DNA of 61,986 nucleotides, the filler included, from Choristocarpus tenellus KU-1152 (taxonomy: Eukaryota; Protista; Phaeophyceae): NCBI GenBank assembly GCA_964200185.2. It is 10 parts of 10 records of this genome, joined end to end, with 100 filler letters (N's around TTAATTAATTAA, not from the genome) between each part and the next. Parts side by side here need not be neighbours in the genome. Positions count along the whole stretch, not along the records: positions 22,178 to 35,593 come from CAXNAD020001500.1; positions 35,694 to 39,669 come from CAXNAD020016833.1; 8 more parts are not named here. One strand, 5' to 3'. The first letter of the stretch is position 1, and each line of letters opens with the position of its first letter. Of the stretch, positions 25,657-37,974 are shown one piece after another. The translations under genes and the position numbers were made by a program. The notes beneath the pieces are model-generated. The model did no database searches. It was given only the letters and a program-made list of their open reading frames with translations, and had not been told where the DNA came from.

Positions 25657-28311
25657 CTACTTGTACAGAGGCTTTGTGGGCTTCAACACAGTGTTGACAT
25701 TGTAGTCCCAGGCATCCTTCTTGTCCTGCAGGAATATTAGCAGCAGCAGCATGCCCAAAGGCCAACACAAAAGGACAAGCAATGGAATTATGTGATAAGA
25801 AAATCAACTCAGAGATGTAGGATACGTGGACGAAATTATCATACTTTGAAAATCGCTTTTAACATGCGAGAGAAGAGGGATACACTGATACACTCAAGTA
25901 CACTTGGTAATTGGAGATTAGGGTGAACAACCAATGGATGCTGGTGACAGTTCTCTGATTCAACACAAGAACGCCTACCAATAGCAAGGACCATACATTG
26001 ATTCAATTGATTGGAGTGGGAAGCAGTATACTTGTAACTAGAAGGAAGTGCACACCACTGTGACAGATCGAGCTGAGTACAACTGCTGCATGTTAACCAC
26101 AGGCAGAATGTACAAATCCCTCGTTAAACGAGGTTTAGAGTGAATCACTTCCATCTTTTCAAACCTAGAACAAATACTCTTCCAACTTTACCTTGTTTAC
26201 TTCGCCTGAGTAACCGGTGGGGTAGGGAAGGTAAGGGTAATCATCATCATTGAGCTGGAAAACTCGGCCTGCTGCCATGACCAGCTTTTCAAGCTCTCCA
26301 GGCTCCTGGGATCCAGCCTGCAACTGCTCCAGGATGTCCGAAATAGTTACCAGTTGCAACTGCTCGAACAAAAAATGGAAAAACCACAAAATTACACAAA
26401 GTTGAGGCAAGGAGGAGATAAGTGAGATGCACACAAAAGGTTTATGCCTATCATTCAAGTAAAAAACCGTTGGCTACGCCTAACGTGCTAACTATAAATA
26501 GCCTTTGTGCCAAGAATGAAGACATTCAGTACGAATAATCGATGAGCACAATAAATTTGATGGTACGAGACTGGACAGTTGATCATTGTGGTGCAGTCAT
26601 GTTAATTCAACCCATTGTTATCTTGATCCATAGTTTGTAACCAATGAACGACTGTACAATAAATAGGATTTGCAACAAGATGAGTATTTTAATGCTCCCC
26701 CCCACCACCACATGGTGACCTTAATTTTTCCACCATAACTTGCCTAAAGTGTACACTACTCCTGACTATGGGATGGAACATCTCCCAGTTGTATTTCAAC
26801 TGACATTAGGATCTTAATGTACAAACAACCAAAAGTGGTGAAATTTTTCAGGTATACTTCGCAAAATAGTCACAGTCAAATGGTGCACCTCTAAGCATGG
26901 CATAGCTGTTTAACTTATTGAAGGCAATGCATCAGCTTTGTACATTCAACACCCGTACAACTACAAATGCTTTACTCTCCCATTCACAAAGATGTGGAAC
27001 AAAGATGTCATATTCAACATCAAATATGATGCCTTCGGCCACCCTAAAACTTTCTTTTTCCTGTTGAAAATGAAGTGCAGGTAAATGAGTCGTAAGGACT
27101 AGGTGGGATGTGTAACGTACTCATGAAGTACTTGTTATGTGAAGGATTGTCTCTGTAGGATAGGACACTAAACATTGGTCTACATTGAGTGAAGGTAGGT
27201 AGCAATTAAGTGACTGAGCCTGGTGACGACCTGAAACTTCTGTTGTGCACAAACTGAAACTAACCTCAAGCTCCGTCTTCTTAGACTGCAACTGATTCAG
27301 CAGGTCTCCCACAGTATCCACCGAGCACCCGTCTTCAAGGCAGCCTTGAGCCATAGAAGCAAGTGTCTCCGCCTGAAGGCATGAAGAGGTTGCATTTTAC
27401 AGAAGTTAGAGTAAAAATTACTCCATTCACAAGTTGATAGCATGCTGTAGGAGGATAAGACAATATGAGCAGCTAGCAACAATTTTTCTTGGGATACTGA
27501 GTGGTGACAGACGAAAACTATCTTAACTAGAAACCGTAGCCTGAAACGTCTTTGTCACAGACGCAATAGATTCATATGAAACACCACATTACCAAAATGT
27601 CTTACTCAACGCTGGAGATCTCATCCAAGCTTTTTGTTGCGACAAGGTGAGAACATGATCAAAACCAGGCACAAAGTATGTGCACAAAGAGCGTCATGTA
27701 CGTTCCTGATGATTTCAAAATGTTTTCATCAACAATCCTTCCAACTGACCACGTGCAGATACGACTCTGGTCGTATGCTTTCCCAAGATCATCATGCCCA
27801 GGGCATGAGACCCAAGGACATAATCTATGTATGCTAGGTCATACATTAACACTCCATGTCGATCACAATTTCCCTACTCTTGAACTACACGCGACAGTAT
27901 TCGCAAACCATGCAAAACTGCGGTGGTGTGATGCAGATAACAAAAACGTACGAGCTATCACATACTTTTCTAACAGTGTAAAAACTACCGCGTATATGAG
28001 CATATTACGTTGGGAAACTTAGTAGGATGGACAAGAATCCATGTTGACATCCGTTGCCACACAATCTACGCTCTTGCCACGTCATAGCTTCACCTATTCT
28101 TTCAGTTTAATGATCATGAAAACCAAGGAGGTGATTCGCACGCTTTAAAACTCACCGTAACGACGGAGGCTTCTTCCGCCATCTGCATGCGCACCGAGCT
28201 GGTCGATGCAGAATAGGACGATGTGACTTGAAGACGTGGTGCCACAGGCGCCATGAATGCGGAGGCGGACACCACTAGGCATACGAAAACGGAGAGAGTA
28301 AGGCGAACCAT
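25657..28311 (-). CDS. Plastid-targeted protein of unknown function, 166 aa; exons 28156-28311, 27265-27372, 26192-26359, 25657-25725
   Basis: Signal peptide ending VVSASA|FMAP followed by an S/T/R-rich transit peptide. Four phase-0 exons with canonical GT-AG splice into one open frame ending ...DAWDYNVNTVLKPTKPLYK*(TAG). Confidence 0.88.
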
Positions 28312-28678
28312 GATGTATTTGAAAAGTGATGGGAAGAGAGAATCGACTTCCGCTGAACACAATGTAAGTACAGTAACTTGGGGAGGTGAGTGAATCTGAA
28401 GGCACCTGTCATGATTCATTTTATTTCTTTTGTTGAAGGAAGTTGAAGTGGTTAGCAGAAGGTATACCCCATTTTTCTAACTGAAAGACCCACACTCGCC
28501 TCCCCCAGCCTCAGCCATCATTTAGTTGAGGTTGGAAATATCAACACAATTTACCGATTCCTGGCCTCCTCGGCCAGGAGCGCTTTGCAGGAGAGTCAAG
28601 CGACGCTTATCTCCTTATTAATTTTGAGTTGTTATTTTCCGCAGCGGTAGATCCATTGTCAGGGACTAGGCCACAACG
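28312..28678. promoter_or_regulatory. Putative bidirectional promoter/5'UTR region
   Basis: 367 bp separate the divergent start codons of the plastid-protein and kelch genes. No family A/B/C repeat recognised here. Confidence 0.5.
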
Positions 28679-30495
28679 ATGCCTGGCAACTTACGAGAGG
28701 GGATGGCCCGCCTCATGAGCGGGTGCTCTCCTCAGGGCTGGCAGAAAGGCAATGACCGTCAAATTCACGATTCTCCTCCTAGACGTTGGACTCTTGTGAC
28801 GGGCGGTGAGTGTCCAACAGCTCGGAGTGGACACAGTGCTGTCGTTGCAGGTGGGAAGGCATATATCTTTGGTGGGTGTGGGCGTCCTGTCCTCAAGTCT
28901 GCCGTCCAGCCAACAGAGGATATGCCTGCACCAGTCTGCTTGGGTGACCTCCATGCGTTCGACTTGGCACGGCAGACATGGGAGACAATCCATGCAGCTG
29001 GAGCAATGTGGCCTGCTGTTGCAAGAACTTGCGCAGCCATGTGCGCCAGCGAGAACGAGGAGAAACTCTACCTCTCTGGGGGGGCAGGTGATGATCCGGA
29101 TGACCTCCGAGCAGACCTGCTGGAGTATGACTTGAGAAGACGTACATGGTCCCTACTGTTCGATGGTAGTGGATGCTCGTCCGGCAGCACTGATGCCTGC
29201 CGACGGATTGGCCATTCCATTGTCCATGATCCTGTGCGCAATCGTCTCGTGATATTTGGGGGATCCACAGGTGTGTGCAGGTGCCGGCCACATCTTAATT
29301 CAAATTATCTCCATGAGACACACATCATGAGGGAAACATGCTATATCTATTGAAGATTGTAACTACACATCAGGTTCATCTCCTTCACTTTCGATTTCTT
29401 GAGACTGTTCTCTTCCTATGATCCGACATCACATGTTGCTCAACTCCTACTAAACTTTTTGTAATACTGTATTCTTCAGGCTTCGAGTACTTTGATGATA
29501 CTTACGTCTTCAACCTGGTGGGTGGTATTTGGGCTCCCCTCGCTACTTTTGGCGACCGTCCGAGTCCTCGGTACAAGCATCAGGCGTTTGTCGATTCCGA
29601 TGCGATGTATGTACTTGGGGGAGGTTCATTCGAGCCAGAGGGGAGTCACCTCGATGTCTACCGGCTTCACCTTGGTGGACCACGAGCTCTCGAGTGGGAG
29701 CGCGTTCATCCCATGGGGAACCCCCCCAGGTGCCGTGCAGCCCATGGCCTGGCCTGGGATCGGGAAGCACGCACAGCCTACATTTGGGGTGGCTTCACAA
29801 TGGGGATGGAGCTGGACAGCTTATTCCATGCTTTGCGCTTACCTCCTTTGCCTCCCTCTGCTACCACAGAGTCATCTAGTTCTCCAGGATGCGCTCATGT
29901 GTCGGCTGACAACAAGGATGGTAGGGGACAAAGGAAGGAGGTGATGGTGTGCGGCGGTGAAGAGGAGAAAGTGCAAGAATTGAGCAGGGGGCGACGTCAT
30001 TATCCAGGAGAGCGTTGGTATGGTCGCCAGGATCATAGTAGTGATGACCAGAGTAGGGCTCGAGGCCGTAGTCAGGGCTGGGGGTCTGGCCGCCGACGCA
30101 ACCTCTGGCAGACAAGAGACAGTAGTGGTAGTGCATTGGGTACAGGACAGAATTCAAGGCCATTGAGGGCAACTTGGCTGAATGTCCCAGATCGAGAGTG
30201 GGGATGGGCGCCATGCCCTCCAGGGCGTTCTTTCCACTGTGCTTTCTTTCATGCAGGTTCATGCTATGTTACTGGTGGTTCAGATGGCTCACGAAAGTTT
30301 GGTGACATGTGGAGGTACACGGTGAGGGAGACACCACCACCATTGGCAACATTGGCGGCAAGGGCAGTTTCAGCAGCTGCAGCAAGGAGAAAGGAACAGG
30401 GGCGGGGGGGACAGGCAGAGGCGAGAATGGATCTACCTGAGGAGGTGCGTGCTGCACTGGCTACCCTCAATATGCAGGCCAAGGTTGTGCTTTGA
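28679..30495 (+). CDS. Kelch-repeat protein, KLHDC10-like, 535 aa; exons 28679-29270 and 29480-30495
   Basis: Six kelch blades (ARSGHSAV..YIFGG, LYLSGG, RIGHSI..IFGGSTGFEY, PRYKHQA..YVLGGG, CRAAHGL..YIWGG, SFHCAF..YVTGG). A GT-AG phase-1 intron joins the two ORFs in frame. C-terminal PPLATLAARAV...LPEEVRAAL is BC/SOCS-box-like. Confidence 0.9.
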
Positions 30496-32559
30496 TGTGT
30501 AATGTGGGCAACCTGAATTTTCATGCAACATGTTTTTGTCACTGCTCTGTGTTGTGTTTTACCAGAGTCTGGGATTGAGAAACTGTTTGTGATACGTAGT
30601 TTCTCTACTAGCCACAATTTTTCTTCCATTTGTGAGAGTGTGTGGTGTACTGTGCTTGCATACAATATGTTGTGCTTTGTTTGGATTGTTTTGGTAGTTC
30701 AATGAATATAGTTTGAAGGTTTTTGAAAGGGTCTGGTGTATTGTTTGTGTGTGCCTGTATCAAATCATTGGCAGCGTGTGTAACTGGGATAAACCAGTGA
30801 TAGCTCAGGATTTTTTTGTCCTTCCTGATGCATCAACTGAATGTCTTCAGAACCAGTATAGAAAGATGGTAAGGGAATGAGGGGGGGTGAGTTGTGATGT
30901 TGCGGGCTAGAGGAGAACAAACGTCCACCGCAATGTCCCAAACATTTGTATACATACCTGAGAGTAGATGCTCTTTTTTTTTTACTTTGTAGATGGTACA
31001 TGTGAATGAGGATTGGGTTTTGCCCGATATGTTTTCATTACCGCTTTACTTTTTTGTTTTACAGTGCCAAGAGCTCGATATCTTTGTATTATGCTTTTTA
31101 TATACATGCTTTTGAATTCAAGTAGGCTGTGTGTCTGCTGCTGGGTGCAGTCTGATTATGCAGTTTTGTACAGTAGGGACAATATCAAATGGTGATGGTT
31201 TGTTTGATTAGCTGGACCATGCAAGTTGACATGGTATGGAGACAACCCACCATTGCATAGAGATGGTCCCAGAGGTCCTATTATGGTAAAAACAATATTG
31301 GAATATGAGTAAGGCATGAGAGTTCGCACCTGAGAGGCACAGGTAGATGATTATGCTGATGGTACTCAAAAATTGACACGTAAGTATTGTGAATGAAACC
31401 TGTGTATCTGGCTTGAGCTGCACAACTGCACAATCAGAGGCTAGAGGTGTTCATGTAATTAAGAATCTCAGTTTCTGTTTGTGTCTGGATTTGTATGATA
31501 CACACAGATTCCCCACTTACCCTACATGGGGATCACCGAATTGATTCCACAACATGAATACTCTTACATGACACCAATGGCGTTTCTTGGTTATTGGAAC
31601 AAACAGTGCTGAGCTCTGATCTTGCTGACATGGTAGCAACCTACACTTTTGCATTATCATCTTTGTCTGAAATTCTGTACTTTATCTACTGTGATGGGTG
31701 TTTCTTCGCCAGATTCCGTCTGAGGAACCTGTTACAAGAGGGCATAGAAGTCCCTTGGAATTTGTCCCTCCTACTTCTCTGGTTGAATCCCCCTTTACTA
31801 GGAGGCACATAAGGACATCTCAGACAAATAATAACTAGAATAAACTACAAATGGGTGGTCTAGATGCCACAACCTGTACCAATGAATGTCTGGGAAGGTA
31901 GGGCATTTTACGTTCAATATTGATATTATCTAATAATGAAGTTGCTCCCAGAGTTACAGTAGTTGTGACCTTCCCAGAGAATCTATTGGTTTGAACAATA
32001 TGCCTAAACAAATTATTACACTCAACATCACCAGTAAATTCCATTGTCACAATGCAGTACATTTCTAGATAATGTTGTTGGGCTCTGCTGAGATTTTGGT
32101 GCAAAACGAATCAGTGCACTCAAGAACAAACTCCATCTCTGCAACCTTCTGGACGGCCATTCTCAGAACTTACCAATGACTTTGCACAGTCAAGTGTTGT
32201 CTCCAATGCTGCCCGCCACTAGTGTTAGAGGGGGTATCATTTGCCTATTTTATCATGCCAGTCCGGTGTCTGTTGGTGCATACAATCTTGGGTGGAACTT
32301 GTAACTTGGATACATTTTAATCGATGTCCTCTGCACCAAGGCAATTGGACTTTCCCCATTCTAATGTTTCAGGGTTGATTTTCATCTTCTGTAAGAGGGA
32401 GCTCCACCTCTACTAATATTGTTGCCAAGCTTGTTTGAAGCTGACATTAGAACTTCAATTAACATGTGCATTCCCAAAACAAGTTGAAACTGGTTCACAA
32501 TGCAAGCCACATGCTAAGACACCTAAGATGGTGTTGTATCAAACCTTACATTAGTCTTT

Positions 32560-33010
32560 GTGAGTTGGATTGGAAGGAATAATCTACTTATCCTCACTTG
32601 ATCGTTTCACTCAAGGAGAATCTAGACCCCTAAACTAGAACCTCAATGACCCCAGACTTCTTATACCTCTGTCCTCACCCCTACTCCAGGATGTGGACTA
32701 TCACCTTATACATGGACCCTAGATCAAATCTTGAACAGTAGACAGAGATTGAACTTAAGTGGGATCTGTACAGCTTTTGATTCTGTGATCCTGGTCCATG
32801 ACCAGAATCCTCATCTGTTAACGGCAACGAATATCAGGAAAACTGAAGAACTTTTGAATGCATTGTTAAAATGCCTACGGTCTGATAAAATGTACTCCAA
32901 GCAGATAATAATTAAGACTGGAATAGGAGGAAAACCAACACACAAAAAGCAGCATATTCTAGTACACAATTTTAATTTTTTACAGTTCTTATTCTCCCTC
33001 CCTTAAATCG
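32560..33010 (+). mobile_element. Degenerate LINE RT remnant
   Basis: GESRPL (~32614), TAFDSV (~32770) and QIIIKTGI (~32901) in RT subdomain order. Confidence 0.4.
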
Positions 33011-33409
33011 ATCTACTGTGCTTCTGGCATCAGAAGTGGACAAACTAATATAATGGTAGTGCATAGAATGCTCCTGGTTGTGTAGCAATGCAACTCAACT
33101 ACCTTAAATCCAATTACTTGAAAATGTAATGTACTCCCTCATTGCTACACACATGGACCTTAATGCCCTGAGCCCTCCATACTTCAATTTGTGGGGCTTG
33201 AGGCATCAGCTGCAAGGCAAGAGGGAATGATTGTGTGTTGAGGAGGGGGGCTGCGGACACAATCAACCTTCTTACTTACAGGACAGAACTTGATAAAGAG
33301 GGGGGGGGGACAAAAGACAACAGATCCATAATGGCTGAGGTGATACCCCCAAGAAAACAATAGCACAATGGGATGTGCATTGGAAAGTGAACATACATCG
33401 AAGTACGTA

Positions 33410-34340
33410 TGTTACGTGCTCTGCAGCATGGTCATGGTATACTGTACATAGGGAGGGAAGGATGTGATAGGAAGGGGTGGGGTGGGGTGGGCGAGAGACA
33501 CGGGGGAATTGACATATTCGTTGTCAAAGAAGCGACATATACTAAGAAAATGAGAGAAAGACGTAGGGAGGGATGCTGAGTATCCATGGCTACACAACTA
33601 GTTCCTGGTACTTAATACTACTACAGTGTATACATTCTCGACTCGGGTCATGTGAAGGACCTTTCAGTTTAAGTGCCGCAACTGCCACCCAATGCTGTTT
33701 GGAGCAAGGCTGTAGTGGAAACAACAGAGGGGGAAGTTGGGCACTGAGGAATACACGAACGTTTGTCCGTAGTCAAATATACATGTGTCCCTGATAATGA
33801 TGAAAAAGCAGGCATAGTTCGACAGAGGCCGCTCATGCTCCCCATTGGGCAAGTTTGGCTTCTACAACAAGCTCGTAGTTCTCATCTCGTTCCACAGTGC
33901 GAAAGAAGCCCTCTCCGCTTGATTTGGCTTGCACATCAAATCTCATTGGGCACTGGAGAGCTTGAGACCAGGATAGATTTTTTGCCAGAACGCCTCGATA
34001 AGACGAACCTGACTCCATAACGGTGTCCCTAGTCCCTGATATAATGCACCTATACTGACTTGTGATCATCCAGTCAAAATAGCTGAGATCTGGTGGGTAT
34101 GACACGTTCCCGTACTCCTCCCATTGTGGTTCTCCACAGGACGTGTCGATCTTCAGAAAAAACACAGCAAGGAGGTTTGAGTTTGTAAAGTATACGAACA
34201 GTGAGTGTTGAATTCTACCGGATGCATATCGAGGATGGACATTGCAGCGAAACAGTTCTCTATCCTCCCATGGGGTCATGTACAGATTTCGTTGCAATGA
34301 AGGCGTCCCCAACCAATTCAAGTCTGAGGTTGTGGTTACC
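33410..34340 (-). pseudogene. Possible short-intron gene or pseudogene fragment of unknown family
   Basis: 181-aa ORF containing exon-like blocks (VTTTSDLNWLG...HPRYAS, DTSCGEPQWEEYGN, ...YELVVEAKLAQWGA) with internal splice-like signals. CpG-richer than the flanks. Confidence 0.3.
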
Positions 34341-34719
34341 TGCAGTAAAGGCTTCCGTCTTTCCACCCTCTTTGTCATTTCTATTGAAACCGGTGAAAAT
34401 GTGTCCTAACGATGCCTACAACTTCTATTCTGCTTTCGGGTACACGTATTTATGCATAGAATAGATTAGGCCTCTATTGGAGGAAGACCTGCAGATAATC
34501 GGGCATCACATATATAAAATATATAATTGTGTGATCAAAACCTGTGTTCCGCAGTCAGGAGTGCTGAAGTTCTTGTTCCAAGTTCAGGTTAACCCTGCGA
34601 CATAGTACAACACTTGTGTTATTCTTCATGATCACTCATATTCATCTCTGTTTTCTGTATGAATCCTTCAGAAACGGCAAGTTAAATCGTAAGGAAAAAC
34701 TGTGAATATGTTCATCTAT

Positions 34720-35110
34720 TTCCTATTTTATCTCTAATAAAGAAGTGAAATTTGTGTCAAATGTTATAAACATCTCTTATTTCACTATATTATATATATA
34801 CCTATTCCTGCACCCCAGGGTGATGAGCTAGGGAAGTATCCCAAGAATCCAACAAACCCCTCCTTGCCCATCCCCCTGGTGACTCCAGGTTAAAACGCAT
34901 GACACGTCTAGACAGTGCCACCTGTGTTGTTACTGAGACTATTTGACGTAGTAGGCAGGATTTGACCGGCCCTTTCCTGACATACCCTCCAGCTCCTCTG
35001 CCCCCTCCTACCATGTTTGTAGCCAGTTCATCCAGGAAACGTTCCACTTGCTTTCCGAGGCGCCCAAAACTTTCCACCGCGAAGAAGGTATTGAGGTTAT
35101 ACTTCCTACT
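34720..35110 (-). mobile_element. 5'-truncated RLE-type (CRE/R2-like) non-LTR retrotransposon 3' end; a second copy of the 3' end lies at ~35520-35593
   Basis: FFAVESFGRLGKQVERFLDEL...LRQIVSVTTQVALSR is typical of the restriction-like endonuclease C-terminus. The GCTAGGGA.G.ATCCCAAGAATCCAACA.ACCCCTCC segment is duplicated at 34828 and 35547. AT-rich tail. Confidence 0.75.
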
Positions 35111-36318
35111 TGAACTATATTAAAGGTAGAAAGTAGTGGCAGTAGATTGTGAGTGGGGGCAAAGGGGAAAGCAATAAGGTAAGGATGTCGTACTTCCTTG
35201 CAAATCATACTTCGTTAGATGAGGCTGTCAACATACCCTCAGCATACTTCAGTCGCATCTCTCACTTCCTTCCTCTGAATCTCATCTCTGATGGTTCTCA
35301 TCAACCCCCATCACACAGGGACAGACCATAACGAGTATCATACTTTGGTTCATTTTTTTCCATACTTTTCATGTAGATATGTCGTTGTTAGCCCTAAAGA
35401 AAAAAAAAATCCTAAACTTAAGAACACTATAAAACATTGTAAAGTGTGGAAACCACTAATCTATCGGTTACTTCACCAATATAAAATATTTTACTACTGT
35501 CGTCCTTTGCTTCCCATCTACCTACTCCTGTGCCCCGGGGGGGGGAGCTAGGGAGGCATCCCAAGAATCCAACAGACCCCTCCGTGCCCATCTNNNNNNN
35601 NNNNNNNNNNNNNNNNNNNNNNNNNNNNNNNNNNNNNTTAATTAATTAANNNNNNNNNNNNNNNNNNNNNNNNNNNNNNNNNNNNNNNNNNNNGCACCAA
35701 CGCACCAAGAACACCCCCCCCCCCCCCCCCCCCCCCCCCAGATACTTTGACCCAACAAATATGCCATGCTGGGAACAACTGAGTCATGTTTCCATCAGCC
35801 TGGACTAGGGAAAATGATCCAAGAGTATAAAACCCCTTTCTTCATACTCCTAAGTCGTTGCCCACGGAGTCTGGTGGACCGGTGATAGAGATACCTATAG
35901 AACGATTGAAAGACCAACTTTGATCCATGACACACTTAGTTTACCACACATATCCATTAATGGCAGTTGATTCTACGAGGTATGTCAGTGCAATGCACTA
36001 TGTAGTACTTGAAGAGGCACACAGGCTCGAAAATTGTGAGGCCTTCATCGAGAACAACCATAAATTGATTGATGTTGAGCCCGTCACTTCAAACAGTGAA
36101 CTTTTAAAACTCAGTTTGGGCCTTTGAATGAACCCAGTACGGAATTTCTTTAAAATATAGTTTTTTGGTCCTGGTGTTTTGTGAGATGGAACTGAAACGA
36201 TTTTTTTTATACACACTGTATGGTAGCTTACTACTGGAGGGGATGATAATGTGTGGCCTAATCTCTCAGCATGTAGTGCACATGCTCTATTAGCATTTTG
36301 AGGTCGATATGGTAAATA

Positions 36319-37974
36319 CTTATTCCGTTTGGAATTAAATGTAACATAACTTTTGCAGCTCCGATGAAGAAGCAAGATTTTCTTAGCTTGTTCATATTTT
36401 ATGGGTGTATTGTGCAGACACTAAAAAAGGTTACCCACCAAAATCTGAAAGTGAAATGGGGTAGCCTACACCTATCTATGATTCCACCCCTGAAGCCCCC
36501 CAAACTCCATTCCAGCACAGTATTTTGTCACATCCATCAGGATATTCAGGAGGAGCTTGTTTGCCTTCCCAGTCTTTTCCTTGCTAAGATGGGGAATTTA
36601 CAAGATGCTGTCACCCTTGGACACCAGCAATTCACCTTAGACTGAGAAGAAACTCTGCCAGACGCGCTGTAGTGTCTCCAGGGGATACACATTGAACGCT
36701 TCCATTTTGACCTCCACCAGTTCCTCTGTGTTGGTCACTCCCACTTCTTCGTTCAGTTGCTGGATGGAATGAAAGAATCCCAGGTTGTTGACGTTGAGGT
36801 CAGGTGAGTTGGCTGGCTGGATCTCTACAACAATATTATTCCCCACCCCCTCCTCGACTACTTACATGACCCCCCCCCCCTTGTTGTGTGGCTTTGCCAC
36901 AGCCTGCTGCATAAAGATGGTTTGTCCTTCCGGCCTAGGCATGCGGGCCTTGATTGGTGGTATGAAATCCTCGATCATAAACTTCTTATACCTCTGCCTG
37001 TCCACTGCGACAGGTGCAGCCCCTTGGTGCCCTTGGGGTGGTGTTTGCTGGAGTGCTGAGCGACCTCTTCGTCCATGATTGGCCAGATCCTGGTTTTCCC
37101 ACCCAACCACACCCCATTGGAGAGCTTCCTAGGATGGGCCACAGCTGTAAGGAGCATTCATTACCTTCATATTGTAACACTTATTCTGTGCCCGTGGGGG
37201 GTTGGGGGGTTCTTCAGTGGGGTGCAGGTACACACCTTGCCCATCTTTGAGGATGTACAACCACTTCTTGTCCACATGCACCCAGTCATATAGATCGTCC
37301 ACTAATACCCCACTCCCTCCCCTCTGGTGCCAGTGGCTGATGATGAAACCCACCCCGTTGACTTTCTGCTGTTCTGAGAGGACCGGCTCAATCCACCGCT
37401 TGACATCCTTCTTCTTCTTGCGCTTGTACAGATCCCACAATGAGGCAAGGGAGACCCCAGCTTTGGTCACCCATTTGCGGACAGATTTGTGGTGTAACGA
37501 TGGGACATCCTAAACGTTGAGAATACCTGTACAGTGGCCACATTGCTACTGGTGATGTCATGCAAAGTCCAAGCATTCACCCCATGCATTCTGCGTATCA
37601 TGCTCTTTCAGATGACAGAACATAGTGATTCGGGAAATTCCAAAGTCCTCTGGGATGGAGAATTGGGACCGACAGGTGACAACAGGATGAGCAAGCCACT
37701 CGTATGAAGGTTCCCCATCCTAGGCATCCCAATAAACACCCGCTTTGACAGTTTTATGAGGTTTTTGAACCTTGTCAAGTGCGACTTGGTCGACTTTGGA
37801 CTGGTGATCCTCCACAGTCAGGGCAGCCCATCATCTCAAACCTCACAGCCTCCCACGCCTCCCAATCTATATGAGAACTAAGTCTTGACCAAAGGGTTTA
37901 TTACATGGGCCGCTCCTAGACGAGAACAAAGCTTACAGAAATTAAGTTGATATTTAATTCCAAACAGAGGGGAG
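36319..37974 (-). mobile_element. Degenerate mariner element, copy 3, with both TIRs (~1.66 kb)
   Basis: Left TA|CTTATTCCGTTTGGAATTAAATGTAAC; right end reverse-complements to CTCCCCTCTGTTTGGAATTAAATATC. Motifs DWVHVDKKW, MQQAVAKPH and QPANSPDLNVNNLGFFHSIQ. Confidence 0.92.
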
